Source: Verrucomicrobiia bacterium (GTDB taxonomy: Bacteria > Verrucomicrobiota > Verrucomicrobiia > Limisphaerales > UBA8199). Taken from it: a stretch of 64,000 nt of DNA. The stretch is from positions 50,643 through 114,642 of the forward strand of contig DASYXT010000039.1 in assembly GCA_035934555.1 (NCBI GenBank). The letters run 5' to 3'. Positions 39,723-49,174 of this stretch are shown here, piece by piece. Under the pieces are notes generated by a model. That model searched no databases, was not told where the DNA came from, and saw nothing but the letters and a program-made list of their open reading frames with translations. Position numbers and translations under genes: made by a program. How positions within the stretch are numbered: position 1 is the stretch's first letter; each line of letters starts with the position of its first letter.

Positions 39723-41069
39723 TCAGGCGTGGGCTTTCAGGTAAGGGAGTGACCATGGCCGGCGATACTCGACGGTCGTCAGCTTTTGCGCGCCAGCATC
39801 GTCGATGATGCGCTCCTCGGCTCCGTCCCAGTGTACCTTGCGGCCGGTCCGGAAGGCGATGTTGCCCAAATGCGCGACGGTTGAAACATGGTGGCCGATG
39901 TCGAGGTTGAGCACCGGCGCTTTTCGCGATTGGACGCAATCCAGGAAATTGCGCACATGGGCCGGGCGCGGGTCGCCGCTGCCGGGGCTCTTGCGCGCGT
40001 CCAGGTTGGCTTGCTTGCGTTCGGGGCGGATTTCCCAACCTTCGTCATTGAGGATGATGTTGCCTTCGGTGCCGTTCCATTCGACGCCCCAGGCGCGGTT
40101 ATTAAGCCCGTTGTTCAAGCCGGCTTTGTGCTCCCAAATCAGCGTGTAGCTGGGGAACTCATAAACGGTGACCTGCGAATCGGGCGTTTCGGAATTATCA
40201 TCGAAGTAGAATTTGCCGCCGCTGGAGCAGGCGGATTTGGGTGCCTCAGGCCCCATGCCCATGAGCATCATATTGATGAGGTGGACGCCCCAATCGGTCA
40301 TCAGGCCGCCGGCATAATCCCAGAACCAGCGGAAATTGAAATGAAACCGGTTGGGATTGAAGGGGCGGTTGGGGGCAGGTCCCAGCCACATATTGTAATC
40401 GACGCCCGCAGGCGGCGCGCAGTCCGCGGGCTTGCCGATGCCATTCAACCAATCGAGGTAAGCCCAGCCGCGCACCACGCTGACCTTGCCGAGCTTGCCT
40501 GAGCGGATGAGGTCGGTGGCTTCAATGATATGTTTACAACTGCGCCATTGTGAGCCCATCTGCACGATGCGGTTGTGGCGGTGAGCGGCCTCGCGCATCG
40601 CGCGGCCTTCGGCGATGGTTTTGGCCAACGGCTTCTCGACATACACGTCCTTGCCCGCCTGGCACGCGAGCACGGTCGGCAAGGCATGCCAATGATCGGG
40701 CGTGGCGATTAAAACCACATCGACGTCCTTGCGTTCGAGCACGCGGCGGAAATCTTTGACCGTGTCCGGGCGGTGGCTGCGTTTGTTTTCGCAAATTTCG
40801 ACCGCCTTGGCGAGCATCGCATCATCGACATCGCACAGCACCGCGCAGTCCACCTCCGGGTTGAGAAAGAAACATTCGAGGTCGCCTTTGCCCATGCCGC
40901 CACAGCCGATCACCCCGAGCCGCACTTTGGCATTGGGCCCGGGCTCGGCGGCGCGAACGGAACGGACCCAAGGGGCGGCGAGGGAGGACAAAGCGAGGGT
41001 GCCGCCGGCGGCGAGCGAAGTTTGGCTAATAAACGAGCGTCGGGAAACTTTTTTCATAAATAAAAGCAA
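39723..41069 (-). CDS. Tat-signal Gfo/Idh/MocA family oxidoreductase
   Basis: SRRSFISQTSLAAGGTLALSSLAAP and LGVIGCGGMGKGD motifs. Confidence 0.85.
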   Translation of the reverse strand: MLLFMKKVSRRSFISQTSLAAGGTLALSSLAAPWVRSVRAAEPGPNAKVRLGVIGCGGMGKGDLECFFLNPEVDCAVLCDVDDAMLAKAVEICENKRSHRPDTVKDFRRVLERKDVDVVLIATPDHWHALPTVLACQAGKDVYVEKPLAKTIAEGRAMREAAHRHNRIVQMGSQWRSCKHIIEATDLIRSGKLGKVSVVRGWAYLDWLNGIGKPADCAPPAGVDYNMWLGPAPNRPFNPNRFHFNFRWFWDYAGGLMTDWGVHLINMMLMGMGPEAPKSACSSGGKFYFDDNSETPDSQVTVYEFPSYTLIWEHKAGLNNGLNNRAWGVEWNGTEGNIILNDEGWEIRPERKQANLDARKSPGSGDPRPAHVRNFLDCVQSRKAPVLNLDIGHHVSTVAHLGNIAFRTGRKVHWDGAEERIIDDAGAQKLTTVEYRRPWSLPYLKAHA

Positions 41070-41118
41070 GACAGCGTTTTATGATCGACATTCCAGGCCC
41101 CGGGGAGCACCCTCGGGC

Positions 41119-41436
41119 ATGGACTCCGATGAGCGAGACATTTGCATATACCTGCGCGGGTGGCGAGGGCAATTCGTAGCGTTAAAGGAGATCAACCGGC
41201 GCGCGGCGGGCAAACGGCGTTATCAGGAGGATTCCAACTGGGCCGTGCCGGTGCTGGGGCGGCTGCTGGAGAACGGAACGATCGAGTCCGATTCGACGGG
41301 CCATTTTCGTTTGAAAGCGAAGCCCAAAAGGGAAAAACAGAAACAATGGCTGGCGCCGCATATTCGCAAAGCGCTCGAGGCGAGCGGGAAGAAGTTTGAA
41401 GGCGTGCTCGAGATCGAAGATGAATCGGAGTTTTAG
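41119..41436 (+). CDS. Small hypothetical protein (105 aa)
   Basis: Internal ATG of ORF 40702..41436; everything upstream of it is antisense to the oxidoreductase. The sequence is basic and lysine-rich, and no family is recognised. Confidence 0.35.
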   Translation: MDSDERDICIYLRGWRGQFVALKEINRRAAGKRRYQEDSNWAVPVLGRLLENGTIESDSTGHFRLKAKPKREKQKQWLAPHIRKALEASGKKFEGVLEIEDESEF

Positions 41437-43502
41437 AACCCTTCGAGTGCCAGGTCGGCCAAAACATCCACCCAATCGACCGCCAAGGGAGCGGTCATTT
41501 CATAGGAGCGGGCGAAGTCGGCTTCAAAAAGCTCATGTTTGACGCGAGCGCCGAACACGGGGTCGGAGCTGGCGACATTTTGTTCGTGATTCACGCGCAG
41601 GCTCAGATGATTAAGGTTGCCTGAGCCGAGACAGGCCCAACCGTCCACCAGGAGGGCTTTCACGTGGGTCATCGCCGGGTAAAAATAGACACGGACCCCG
41701 TGGGCGTGGAGGTAATTGGCCAGCACAATATTGCTGCGGGCGCCCGCTTTGAAATCGTTGACGCAGGGCAGGACCACGCGCACGTCCACCCCGCGGTTGC
41801 GCGCTTCAACCAAAGCGATGATCACGCGCTTATCGAAAAGGTACGGGTTTTCCGCATAGATATAACCCTGGGCCTGGTGCAAAGAGCCAAGCACGGCGGC
41901 GGCAAAGGGTTTCCAGGCCGTGGCGGTGGGCAATAAGCGCACCTGCGTCCATTCGTTTGTAGAGGGCGGGAATTTGTATTTAGGCGAGGTCCGCAGTAAA
42001 GAGGCTGTGTAGGCCAGGTCGCCTAGGGGCCCTTCGTGCGCCCAATGATGGCGAAACTGGGTTTCGAGTGAATTGACCACGGGGCCTTCCAACTCCACCA
42101 TCAAATCGTGCCATTCATAACGGTACTCCCGTCCGATATTCATTCCCCCCAGCCAGGCCCGGTAACCATCGACCAGCACCACTTTCGAATGGTCGGCCGA
42201 AAACCAGGGATTGAGGAATGGACGCACATGCACATCCGAGCCATCCCGCAAATAGGAGATGATCGATTTAGGGGGAACAAAATCTTCCGGCATGGGTGTG
42301 GCGGGAGGCGCCGCGCCGGCGGCGATGCTGCCCATCCGATCGAGGATAACCTGCACCGGGATTTGCCGAGAGCGCGCCTTGAGCAAGTCCGCCATGCCCA
42401 CAGCCACATCGTCTTTGTCGAAGATGTACATGTCCAAGCGGATGTGGTTGGTGGCGTTGGCGATGCCCTCGCGCAAGCGAGGGAAGAACTGATCGCCATC
42501 GATGAGCAGCTTCAGCGAGCCCTGCTGCAACCGAGTGCCCGTGTAGCGGTCCAGCCAGGCTTCCCAGTTGGTGAGGTTCATCCCGACCGCGTGAGAGGGC
42601 GGTGGCGGGGAGTAACCGGGTTTGGGCAAGGGGAACCGGATGAAGCGCACGAGGCTTTCGACGGCCAGGTCGGCAAGCCGCGCGGCACTGGACACGGGGT
42701 TCTTCAGCAGCGCCCAGCCGTGGCTTTGTGGCAGCAACGCAACGAACCCCTGGGCCGTCAACGAGAGGAACACGCCGCGCTCGGTCGAGTCATAAAGGGC
42801 CGCCGGAGCTAGGAAAACGCACCCGCGCCGTTGACGGTCCACAAGCAAAGGCTGGGTGAAGCGCTTGGCGTTAGGGGCCATCACCAGGAAGAGAGAATCG
42901 CCGGGATGCGTGCGAGTGAGGTGCTGGTCGATGAGGCGCGCCAGCACTTCGAGTGTCTCATCCAGCGAGTAGCGATGTTCGATGACCACGCCCGGAACAG
43001 CGTCGCCGAGCATGGCGAATCGAGGCGCCCCCGTCGCGTCACGATACAGCAGCCGATCGCTTAGATAGGCCTGGTAGTAGGCCCCATGGCCCGGTGTTGC
43101 GGGAGTGAGTTCCGAGAGGAGGTTCGTCGCAATCTGGCGCCAATCTGAACCCGCGATTACCGTCGCCTTTCGCCACCCGCGTCCCCGCGGCGCCGCGGAC
43201 GAAAGGTCGGGGTCCCAGTGTAATAGTGCCGAGCTGACGCGGTAACGGCCGGTGGGAACGCGCAAGCGCGTCCAGTGCGCCTCGAAGGCGATGGCGCCCG
43301 TCGGACTGTAAAAAGCAAAGCGAACCTGGTCGCCTTTGACGAATACACTCGGCGGGGGAGAGGACGGAGCGGTCAATGCGCGCCATTCATCGAGGGATTT
43401 TTGCTTGGAGGTAAAGGGCCTGGCCGCCGTTGACAGACATCCCAGCAGCAGGCACAAAAGAATCGTGCGCGCGCAACACGGGAACCGGCGGTGGATACTC
43501 AT
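41433..43502 (-). CDS. Phospholipase D / cardiolipin synthase-like protein with two HKD motifs and a large N-terminal domain of unknown function
   Basis: HSKVVLVDGYRAWLGGMNI and HVKALLVDGWACLGSGNLN motifs. Signal-like N-terminus from MSIHRRFPCCARTILLCLLLGCLS. Confidence 0.75.
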   Translation of the reverse strand: MSIHRRFPCCARTILLCLLLGCLSTAARPFTSKQKSLDEWRALTAPSSPPPSVFVKGDQVRFAFYSPTGAIAFEAHWTRLRVPTGRYRVSSALLHWDPDLSSAAPRGRGWRKATVIAGSDWRQIATNLLSELTPATPGHGAYYQAYLSDRLLYRDATGAPRFAMLGDAVPGVVIEHRYSLDETLEVLARLIDQHLTRTHPGDSLFLVMAPNAKRFTQPLLVDRQRRGCVFLAPAALYDSTERGVFLSLTAQGFVALLPQSHGWALLKNPVSSAARLADLAVESLVRFIRFPLPKPGYSPPPPSHAVGMNLTNWEAWLDRYTGTRLQQGSLKLLIDGDQFFPRLREGIANATNHIRLDMYIFDKDDVAVGMADLLKARSRQIPVQVILDRMGSIAAGAAPPATPMPEDFVPPKSIISYLRDGSDVHVRPFLNPWFSADHSKVVLVDGYRAWLGGMNIGREYRYEWHDLMVELEGPVVNSLETQFRHHWAHEGPLGDLAYTASLLRTSPKYKFPPSTNEWTQVRLLPTATAWKPFAAAVLGSLHQAQGYIYAENPYLFDKRVIIALVEARNRGVDVRVVLPCVNDFKAGARSNIVLANYLHAHGVRVYFYPAMTHVKALLVDGWACLGSGNLNHLSLRVNHEQNVASSDPVFGARVKHELFEADFARSYEMTAPLAVDWVDVLADLALEGF

Positions 43503-43546
43503 GCCTGAGCAGCGTTGTTTTCCGGCGGAGACGGCCACGCTCCCGG

Positions 43547-43765
43547 TCAGCGCAGCCGATAAGTAATCCGAGCTTTGGTCAGGTCGTACGGGGACATTTC
43601 CAAACGGACTCGGTCGCCGACGGTGAGGCGGACGAAGTGTTTGCGCATTTTGCCGGAAAGGTGTGCGAGGACCTCGTGTTCGTTGTCCAGCTTCACGCGA
43701 AACATCGTGCCCGGCAACACCGTTGAAATGGTGCCTTCGAGTTCGATTGGTTGTTCAGTACTCAT
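43547..43765 (-). CDS. infA: Translation initiation factor IF-1
   Basis: 72 aa: [64 protein letters not shown]. Confidence 0.95.
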   Translation of the reverse strand: MSTEQPIELEGTISTVLPGTMFRVKLDNEHEVLAHLSGKMRKHFVRLTVGDRVRLEMSPYDLTKARITYRLR

Positions 43766-43849
43766 GCGCGCAGTACAGGCCGTAAGCGCGTGGTAAGCTC
43801 ACATGTTTCCGAGGTGACAGCAAGCAATTAACAGACGGCGCACGAGAAC

Positions 43850-44751
43850 TCAGGGAATCGAGACGAGGTTCGTGCCGGTCAGCGGATCCAGCGGGACCGC
43901 GTGCAGGTACTCCGGGACGAGCTCTGCAGGATTAGCAGGGCGGTGGCCGCGCTCCAATTCATAAGCCCGCGCCGCAAGGGTCAACACCAATAGCCGCGTA
44001 CGAATTTCGATAGCCGCGTAGCGGGCAGAATAACTCCGCACCGTCGCCGCGTGGGTGCGCAAGCTTATTAGCCGATAGTAGTAATAGCGCCAGCCTAACG
44101 CGCGCCTGGCCCAACGGTCATCGTTGGCGATAAACGTCCGGGCAGATTCGCGCCGCGCTTCGCTCCTTTCCAATTCCGTGGCCAGCTTCCGGCATTCTTT
44201 GGCATCGAGCCCGGGAGCAAGCTTCTCGAGCGGCGTTAGCCCGATGGATTCCACCGCTATACCCACGAGCGAGTCAATGATCAGCCCGCCTCGGCTTTGT
44301 TCCTGTCCCAACCGCACGGCCGCAAGATAATCCCCGGCCGCAGTGACCGGGTCGCGGTCCAATTCGGCGACGTGTCCCTCTGCTGCCAACGCAAATCCGA
44401 GCCGCTTCAGAACCGCCAGATTCGTTCCGTGAGGCAGGTCAGCAGCGAATACCACAGGCACGCGGCATTGGCAAGCCAAACCGGTGCAGCCAAACCGGTG
44501 CGGACCAGATTCAACGAAATGGAGTTGGAGGCCAGCAAGGCCCGCAACTCAGGTGGAGGCAAGGCGCGGAAATCCGAAATGGCGGAAGGGAGAAGCCAGG
44601 CCGCCTTAACGAAAGCATCGTAGCCATTGGGATTTGGGAACGCGGATGGGGTGGGGGGTGGCTGGCGCAGAGTCATGACCACCAACAGAACGAGAGCCAA
44701 GGCAACCGCACCGCTCAGCACCACGAGGAATCTGGCAAATGCCCGGCGCAT
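43850..44751 (-). pseudogene. Membrane-anchored helical hypothetical protein gene disrupted by a 14-bp tandem duplication
   Basis: The ORFs 44407..44751 and 43850..44479 are in different frames. Removing one copy of the duplicated 14-mer (44474-44487 / 44488-44501) joins ...LVRTGLA to CQCRVPVVFAADLPHG... in a single frame. Confidence 0.7.
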
Positions 44752-44860
44752 ACGGAGCCACTGTGGAGACGCGCCGGCACGGCGTCAACGCTCTCCCGCT
44801 CCGCCGCTGCACGCTCTTAGCTTGTCAAACCCGTAACGGCCCTCCTACTCTCGAAAAGCA

Positions 44861-46057
44861 ATGGCGCCCCGCCCACCTCTAACCGTCGCCTGGATTTCCT
44901 ATTTCCCCATCGAATGGCTGCCACAATTGCCCGAGCTGCTGAGGAATTTGCCCAAGCTCCACCCGGCCACCTGGCAACGCGTGCTGCTGGATGAACTGCG
45001 CGCGCGCACCGATCTGAAGCTGCATGTGTTCGCGGTGCGCAAGCACTTTCCGCAGCACCAAACATTCGAATGGGAAGGGGTGACGTTCCATTGTTTGAAA
45101 GTGCCGGGCGGGTTTCGGACCTTGTCGCTGTTTTGGTGGGAGACGTTGCTGCTGCGGCCGCGCTTGAAGGCGTTGCGCCCGGACCTGGTCCACGCGTGGG
45201 GCACGGAACGCGGCGCGGCGATGGTCGCCTCGCGCCTGCGTTATCCGTACCTGGTGACCATGCAAGGCCTGCTTGAATGGTACCTGCAGCAGGTGGATTT
45301 GGGGCGCGTGATGCGGCTGGAATCGCGCCTGGAACGCATCAGCCTCAAGCGAGCCTCGGTCGTGACGGTCGAATCAAGGTTTGGCGTTGATTGGCTGCGC
45401 CGGCATTATCCGCACCTGGAAGTCCGGCAGGCCGAGCATGCCCCCAACTGGCTGTTCCACCAGGTGCAACGCCGTCCTCAGCTTCGTCCACTCCACTTTC
45501 TTTTTGTCGGGATTATGTCGCTGATCAAAGGGACGGACCTTCTGCTGCACGCGCTGGACCGCTTGCGGACGGAGCTGGATTTTCGACTGACCGTGGTAGG
45601 TTCCGCCCCCGCCGAGTTTTTGGCGCGGATGAAAGCGTCAACCTCGGCGGCCCTTTGGGAGCGGATCACGCTGCGGCACGGGTTGAGCCAGGCACAAGTC
45701 GCTGAGGAAATGGCCCGCGCCACAATGGTTTTGTTCCCCACGCGAGCGGATAATAGCCCCAACTCGGTCAAGGAGGCCGTTGTGGCCGGCGTGCCGGTGG
45801 TCGCGTCGGCCATTGGCGGGATTGTCGATTACGTGTTGCCGGACCGGAACGGCATCACCTTTCCGGCAGGCGACCTGGAGGAGTTGGTGAGAGCGATCCG
45901 GGCGGCGGCCGCTCACCCGCTGTTCAGTCAGGGCCAGGTCCAGCCGCAGACGCTGCGACAAATGCGCGAGTACCTGTCGCCGAGGAAAATGGCGACGGAA
46001 TTCTTCGCCGCGTACGAGCGTGCCGCGCGAGAACCGATTGAATCGAACAGGAGTTAA
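44861..46057 (+). CDS. Glycosyltransferase family 4 (GT-B)
   Basis: C-terminal domain motif FPTRADNSPNSVKEAVVAGVPVVAS (E-x7-E region). Confidence 0.8.
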   Translation: MAPRPPLTVAWISYFPIEWLPQLPELLRNLPKLHPATWQRVLLDELRARTDLKLHVFAVRKHFPQHQTFEWEGVTFHCLKVPGGFRTLSLFWWETLLLRPRLKALRPDLVHAWGTERGAAMVASRLRYPYLVTMQGLLEWYLQQVDLGRVMRLESRLERISLKRASVVTVESRFGVDWLRRHYPHLEVRQAEHAPNWLFHQVQRRPQLRPLHFLFVGIMSLIKGTDLLLHALDRLRTELDFRLTVVGSAPAEFLARMKASTSAALWERITLRHGLSQAQVAEEMARATMVLFPTRADNSPNSVKEAVVAGVPVVASAIGGIVDYVLPDRNGITFPAGDLEELVRAIRAAAAHPLFSQGQVQPQTLRQMREYLSPRKMATEFFAAYERAAREPIESNRS

Positions 46058-46443
46058 CAGAGAAGACAGAGGCCGTAAGGCGCGATCGATTTCCGTGAGT
46101 AGAGGCTGCCATGGAAACCCCTCCGTTTTCTCTGTTTCCTCCTGTTCAATTCTGCAGGGTTGGGGCCGGGGACTCAGCTAGCGCGAGTACCTGTCGCCGA
46201 GAAAAATGGCGACGGAATTCTTCGCCGCGTACGAGCGTGCCGCGCGAGAACCGATTGAATCGAACAGGAGATAACAGAGAAAACAGAGGCCTAAGGACGT
46301 ACTGCAGCGCGGTCTTTTGTCGTGAAAGCTCACCAAACCGTAAGGCGCGATCGATTTCCGTGAGTAGAGACTGCCATTGAGAACCCTCCGTTTTCTCTGT
46401 TGCCTCCTGTTCAATTCTGCCTGGTTGGGGCTGAGACTCAGCT
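45964..46443. repeat. Segmental tandem duplication (copy 1 at 45964-46179, copy 2 at 46181-46443); each copy carries a 33-bp-arm hairpin element
   Basis: Both copies start gcgcgagtacctgtcgccgag and end ggg(c/g)tga/ggactcagct. Copy 2 has a 1-nt deletion in the gene-derived part and an extra block of about 47 bp in the hairpin loop. Confidence 0.85.
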
Positions 46444-47825
46444 CACGCCCCGACGTGGCGCTTGAGCACCTCGGAAATCTTTTGCGACCATTTCTCCAAT
46501 GTGGCCGCTTCCCGGCCTTCGAGCAGCAGCCGCGCTTTGGGTTCGGTACCCGAATAGCGCAGCAACACTCGGCCGCCCTGCGGTTTTAGCTCCGCCTCGG
46601 CCTCAGCCAGCAGCTTGGGCAGGTTATCGAGTTGTTCGAATGGCCGCTTTTCACGCACCATAACGCTGGTCACGAGTTGCGGGAAACGCGTCCAGCATTT
46701 GCTCAAAGCCGAAAGCGGCGCACCCCTGGTCTTCATGATGCGCAAGACTTGGAGCGCCGCCACCAGGCCGTCGCCGGTGGTGCTGAAATCGCGGAAGATC
46801 AAATGCCCGCTCTGCTCGCCGCCCAGCTCAAATCCGTGGCGCAGCATTTCATCGATCACATTCTTATCGCCAACGGGGGTGCGCACGACTCGGCCGCCGG
46901 CGGCTTCGACGGCTGCGTCCAGCCCGGCGTTGCTCATCACCGTCGCCACCAGTGTTTTCTCCGGCAGCGCGTTCTGCGCCAGCAAATCCACCGCCGCCAT
47001 CGCCATGACATCGTCGCCGTCGAGCAGTTGTCCGGCTTCGTCGCACAACAGCACGCGGTCGGCGTCGCCGTCGTGGGCGATGCCCAGGTCGGCGCGGTGC
47101 TCCCAGATTTTACGGCACATCAAGGCCGGGTGCATCGAGCCGCAATCCTTGTTGATGTTCATGCCGTCGGGCTGGTTGCCGTAGGTGATCACCTCGGCGC
47201 CCAGCTCCCGCAAGACGCAGGGTGTCGATTTGTAGGCCGCGCCGTGGGCGCAGTCCACCACGATGCGCATGCCCTCGAGGGTCAGCCCGCGCGGAAAGGA
47301 GGCTTTGGCATGCTCGATGTACCGTCCGAGCGCGTCGTCAATACGCACCGCCTTGCCAATCTCGTCGGCAGTCGGCCGGATATTCTCGATTTGACCGCTG
47401 AAAACCAGGCTCTCGATTTCAAACTCGATTTTGTCGTCCAGCTTGTAACCGTCCGCGCGGAAGAACTTAATGCCGTTGTCGTCATAGGCATTGTGCGAGG
47501 CGGTGATGACGATGCCGGCGTCGGCGCGCAGGCTGCGTGTGACATAGGCCACCCCGGGCGTCGGCAGGGGACCGATGAAGAGCACATCGACGCCCATGGA
47601 AAGAATCCCTGACGAAAGGGCGTTCTCGAGCATATAGCCCGAAAGCCGCGTGTCCTTGCCGAGCACGATCTTGTGGCGCCCGCGGCTGCGCGCCTGCGTT
47701 TGCAGGTTCTTGAACACATGCCCTGCGGCACGGCCCAGCTTCAGCGCCGTCTCGGCGGTTACCGGCTCGATGTTGGCCGTCCCGCGAACACCGTCGGTTC
47801 CGAAGATTTTCTTTGAAGCGGCCAT
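46443..47825 (-). CDS. glmM: Phosphoglucosamine mutase
   Basis: Phosphoserine loop ITASHNAYDDNGIKF, the Mg site AHDGDADRV, and GEQSGH. Confidence 0.92.
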   Translation of the reverse strand: MAASKKIFGTDGVRGTANIEPVTAETALKLGRAAGHVFKNLQTQARSRGRHKIVLGKDTRLSGYMLENALSSGILSMGVDVLFIGPLPTPGVAYVTRSLRADAGIVITASHNAYDDNGIKFFRADGYKLDDKIEFEIESLVFSGQIENIRPTADEIGKAVRIDDALGRYIEHAKASFPRGLTLEGMRIVVDCAHGAAYKSTPCVLRELGAEVITYGNQPDGMNINKDCGSMHPALMCRKIWEHRADLGIAHDGDADRVLLCDEAGQLLDGDDVMAMAAVDLLAQNALPEKTLVATVMSNAGLDAAVEAAGGRVVRTPVGDKNVIDEMLRHGFELGGEQSGHLIFRDFSTTGDGLVAALQVLRIMKTRGAPLSALSKCWTRFPQLVTSVMVREKRPFEQLDNLPKLLAEAEAELKPQGGRVLLRYSGTEPKARLLLEGREAATLEKWSQKISEVLKRHVGA

Positions 47826-47843
47826 GGCGGTTTGTGAAGGAGT

Positions 47844-48284
47844 TCAGGGCGCCGATGGGGTGGGCGGAAAGACAACCTGCGCTTCGTCGGGGTCCACGCG
47901 CAGGCGAGTGACACCGGGCGGGGTGGACACTTCGATGCGCGTGCGCATGTCGTGGGCCGCTTCGATCCCTGTCACATCAACAATGGCGCGGATGTCGCGT
48001 TCGTACAGCCGGTTCAATACCCCCGGCTCGCCTTCGACCGTCACTTCCACTTCCTTCGGGTTGACGTGTACCAGCCGGGTATCCTGCGCGGAGGATATGA
48101 TGAGCACCGGCAGATGGCTAAAGGTGCGCTGCGCCAGCGGCACCAGCGACAATGGATGCACGGGCAAAGAGTCTTTTTCGTTCGCCATGCTGTTGACGGT
48201 GAACCACACCAGGACGGCCAGGCCAAGCGAGAAAAGCTTCAGCCAAACATCCCGCAGCAGCAGCGTTTTGAGCCAGGCGATCAT
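47844..48284 (-). CDS. cdaR: YbbR-like CdaA regulatory protein
   Basis: N-terminal TM followed by one YbbR-like beta domain. Its ATG overlaps the cdaA stop (ATGA). Confidence 0.65.
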   Translation of the reverse strand: MIAWLKTLLLRDVWLKLFSLGLAVLVWFTVNSMANEKDSLPVHPLSLVPLAQRTFSHLPVLIISSAQDTRLVHVNPKEVEVTVEGEPGVLNRLYERDIRAIVDVTGIEAAHDMRTRIEVSTPPGVTRLRVDPDEAQVVFPPTPSAP

Positions 48285-49162
48285 TTGGCGACTGTGGTGC
48301 TGGTGGTGGTGGTCGGCGGCGGCGCATCGGTTTGCCCGACCACCATCGTGCCGGGTGCGGCTGATTCCCGTGGGCGGAAGCGCAGCCATTTGATCCAATC
48401 GCGTGAGCTGGTTGCCGGCGTCACCAGCACGGAGGTGAGAAACGCGCGCAACTCTTCGAACGTCACTCCCCGCACTAATTGGGCTTTGTAGGCGTAGGAG
48501 ACCGCGCCGGTCTCTTCGGAAACGACGACAACCACAGCGTCGGTCTCCTCGCTCAACCCCAACGCCGCCCGGTGCCGTGTGCCGATCGACTTATTGAGGT
48601 CCTGGCGCTGGGTCAGCGGGAAAATGCAGGCGGCAAACGCAATGCGGTCGCCTTTGAGGATCACCCCGCCATCGTGAATCGCATTGTTCGGGAAAAAAAT
48701 CGTCTCGAGCATTTCCGGCGTGGCCTCGCAATCGATGACGATGCCGGATTCCACCGCTTCCTGAAGATGGATGGATTGCTCAATGGCAATCAAGGCGCCG
48801 ATCCGGACATCGGACAGCCGCTCGACGGTTTGAATAATCACTTCGATGTTCTCGCGCTGTTCGTGCGCGGTGGCAAACAGCGGCAGATTCCCCAACTCGG
48901 CCAGCATCCGCCTCAACTCCGGCTGAAAGATGACCAGTACCGCCAGGATGAAGAACGCGGAGAAGGCGCCCAGGAGGTATTGCAGCACGCGCAATTTCAG
49001 CAGCACGCTCACCAGCACGAAGGCCAACAGCAGCACGAGAAACCCCGTGACCACCGGCGCTCCCCGCGTCCCGCGGATGAACCGCAGGGCATGGTATATC
49101 CCTACCGTGAGGATGAGGATTTCCATCACGGGCCGCCAAACCTGTTGGAGGGTGAACCACAT
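48281..49162 (-). CDS. cdaA: Diadenylate cyclase CdaA
   Basis: Three N-terminal TM helices and a DAC domain with the motifs HDGGVIL, GTRHRAALGLSEETD and VVVVSEETG. Confidence 0.9.
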   Translation of the reverse strand: MWFTLQQVWRPVMEILILTVGIYHALRFIRGTRGAPVVTGFLVLLLAFVLVSVLLKLRVLQYLLGAFSAFFILAVLVIFQPELRRMLAELGNLPLFATAHEQRENIEVIIQTVERLSDVRIGALIAIEQSIHLQEAVESGIVIDCEATPEMLETIFFPNNAIHDGGVILKGDRIAFAACIFPLTQRQDLNKSIGTRHRAALGLSEETDAVVVVVSEETGAVSYAYKAQLVRGVTFEELRAFLTSVLVTPATSSRDWIKWLRFRPRESAAPGTMVVGQTDAPPPTTTTSTTVAK

Positions 49163-49174
49163 TATTACTAGCTA

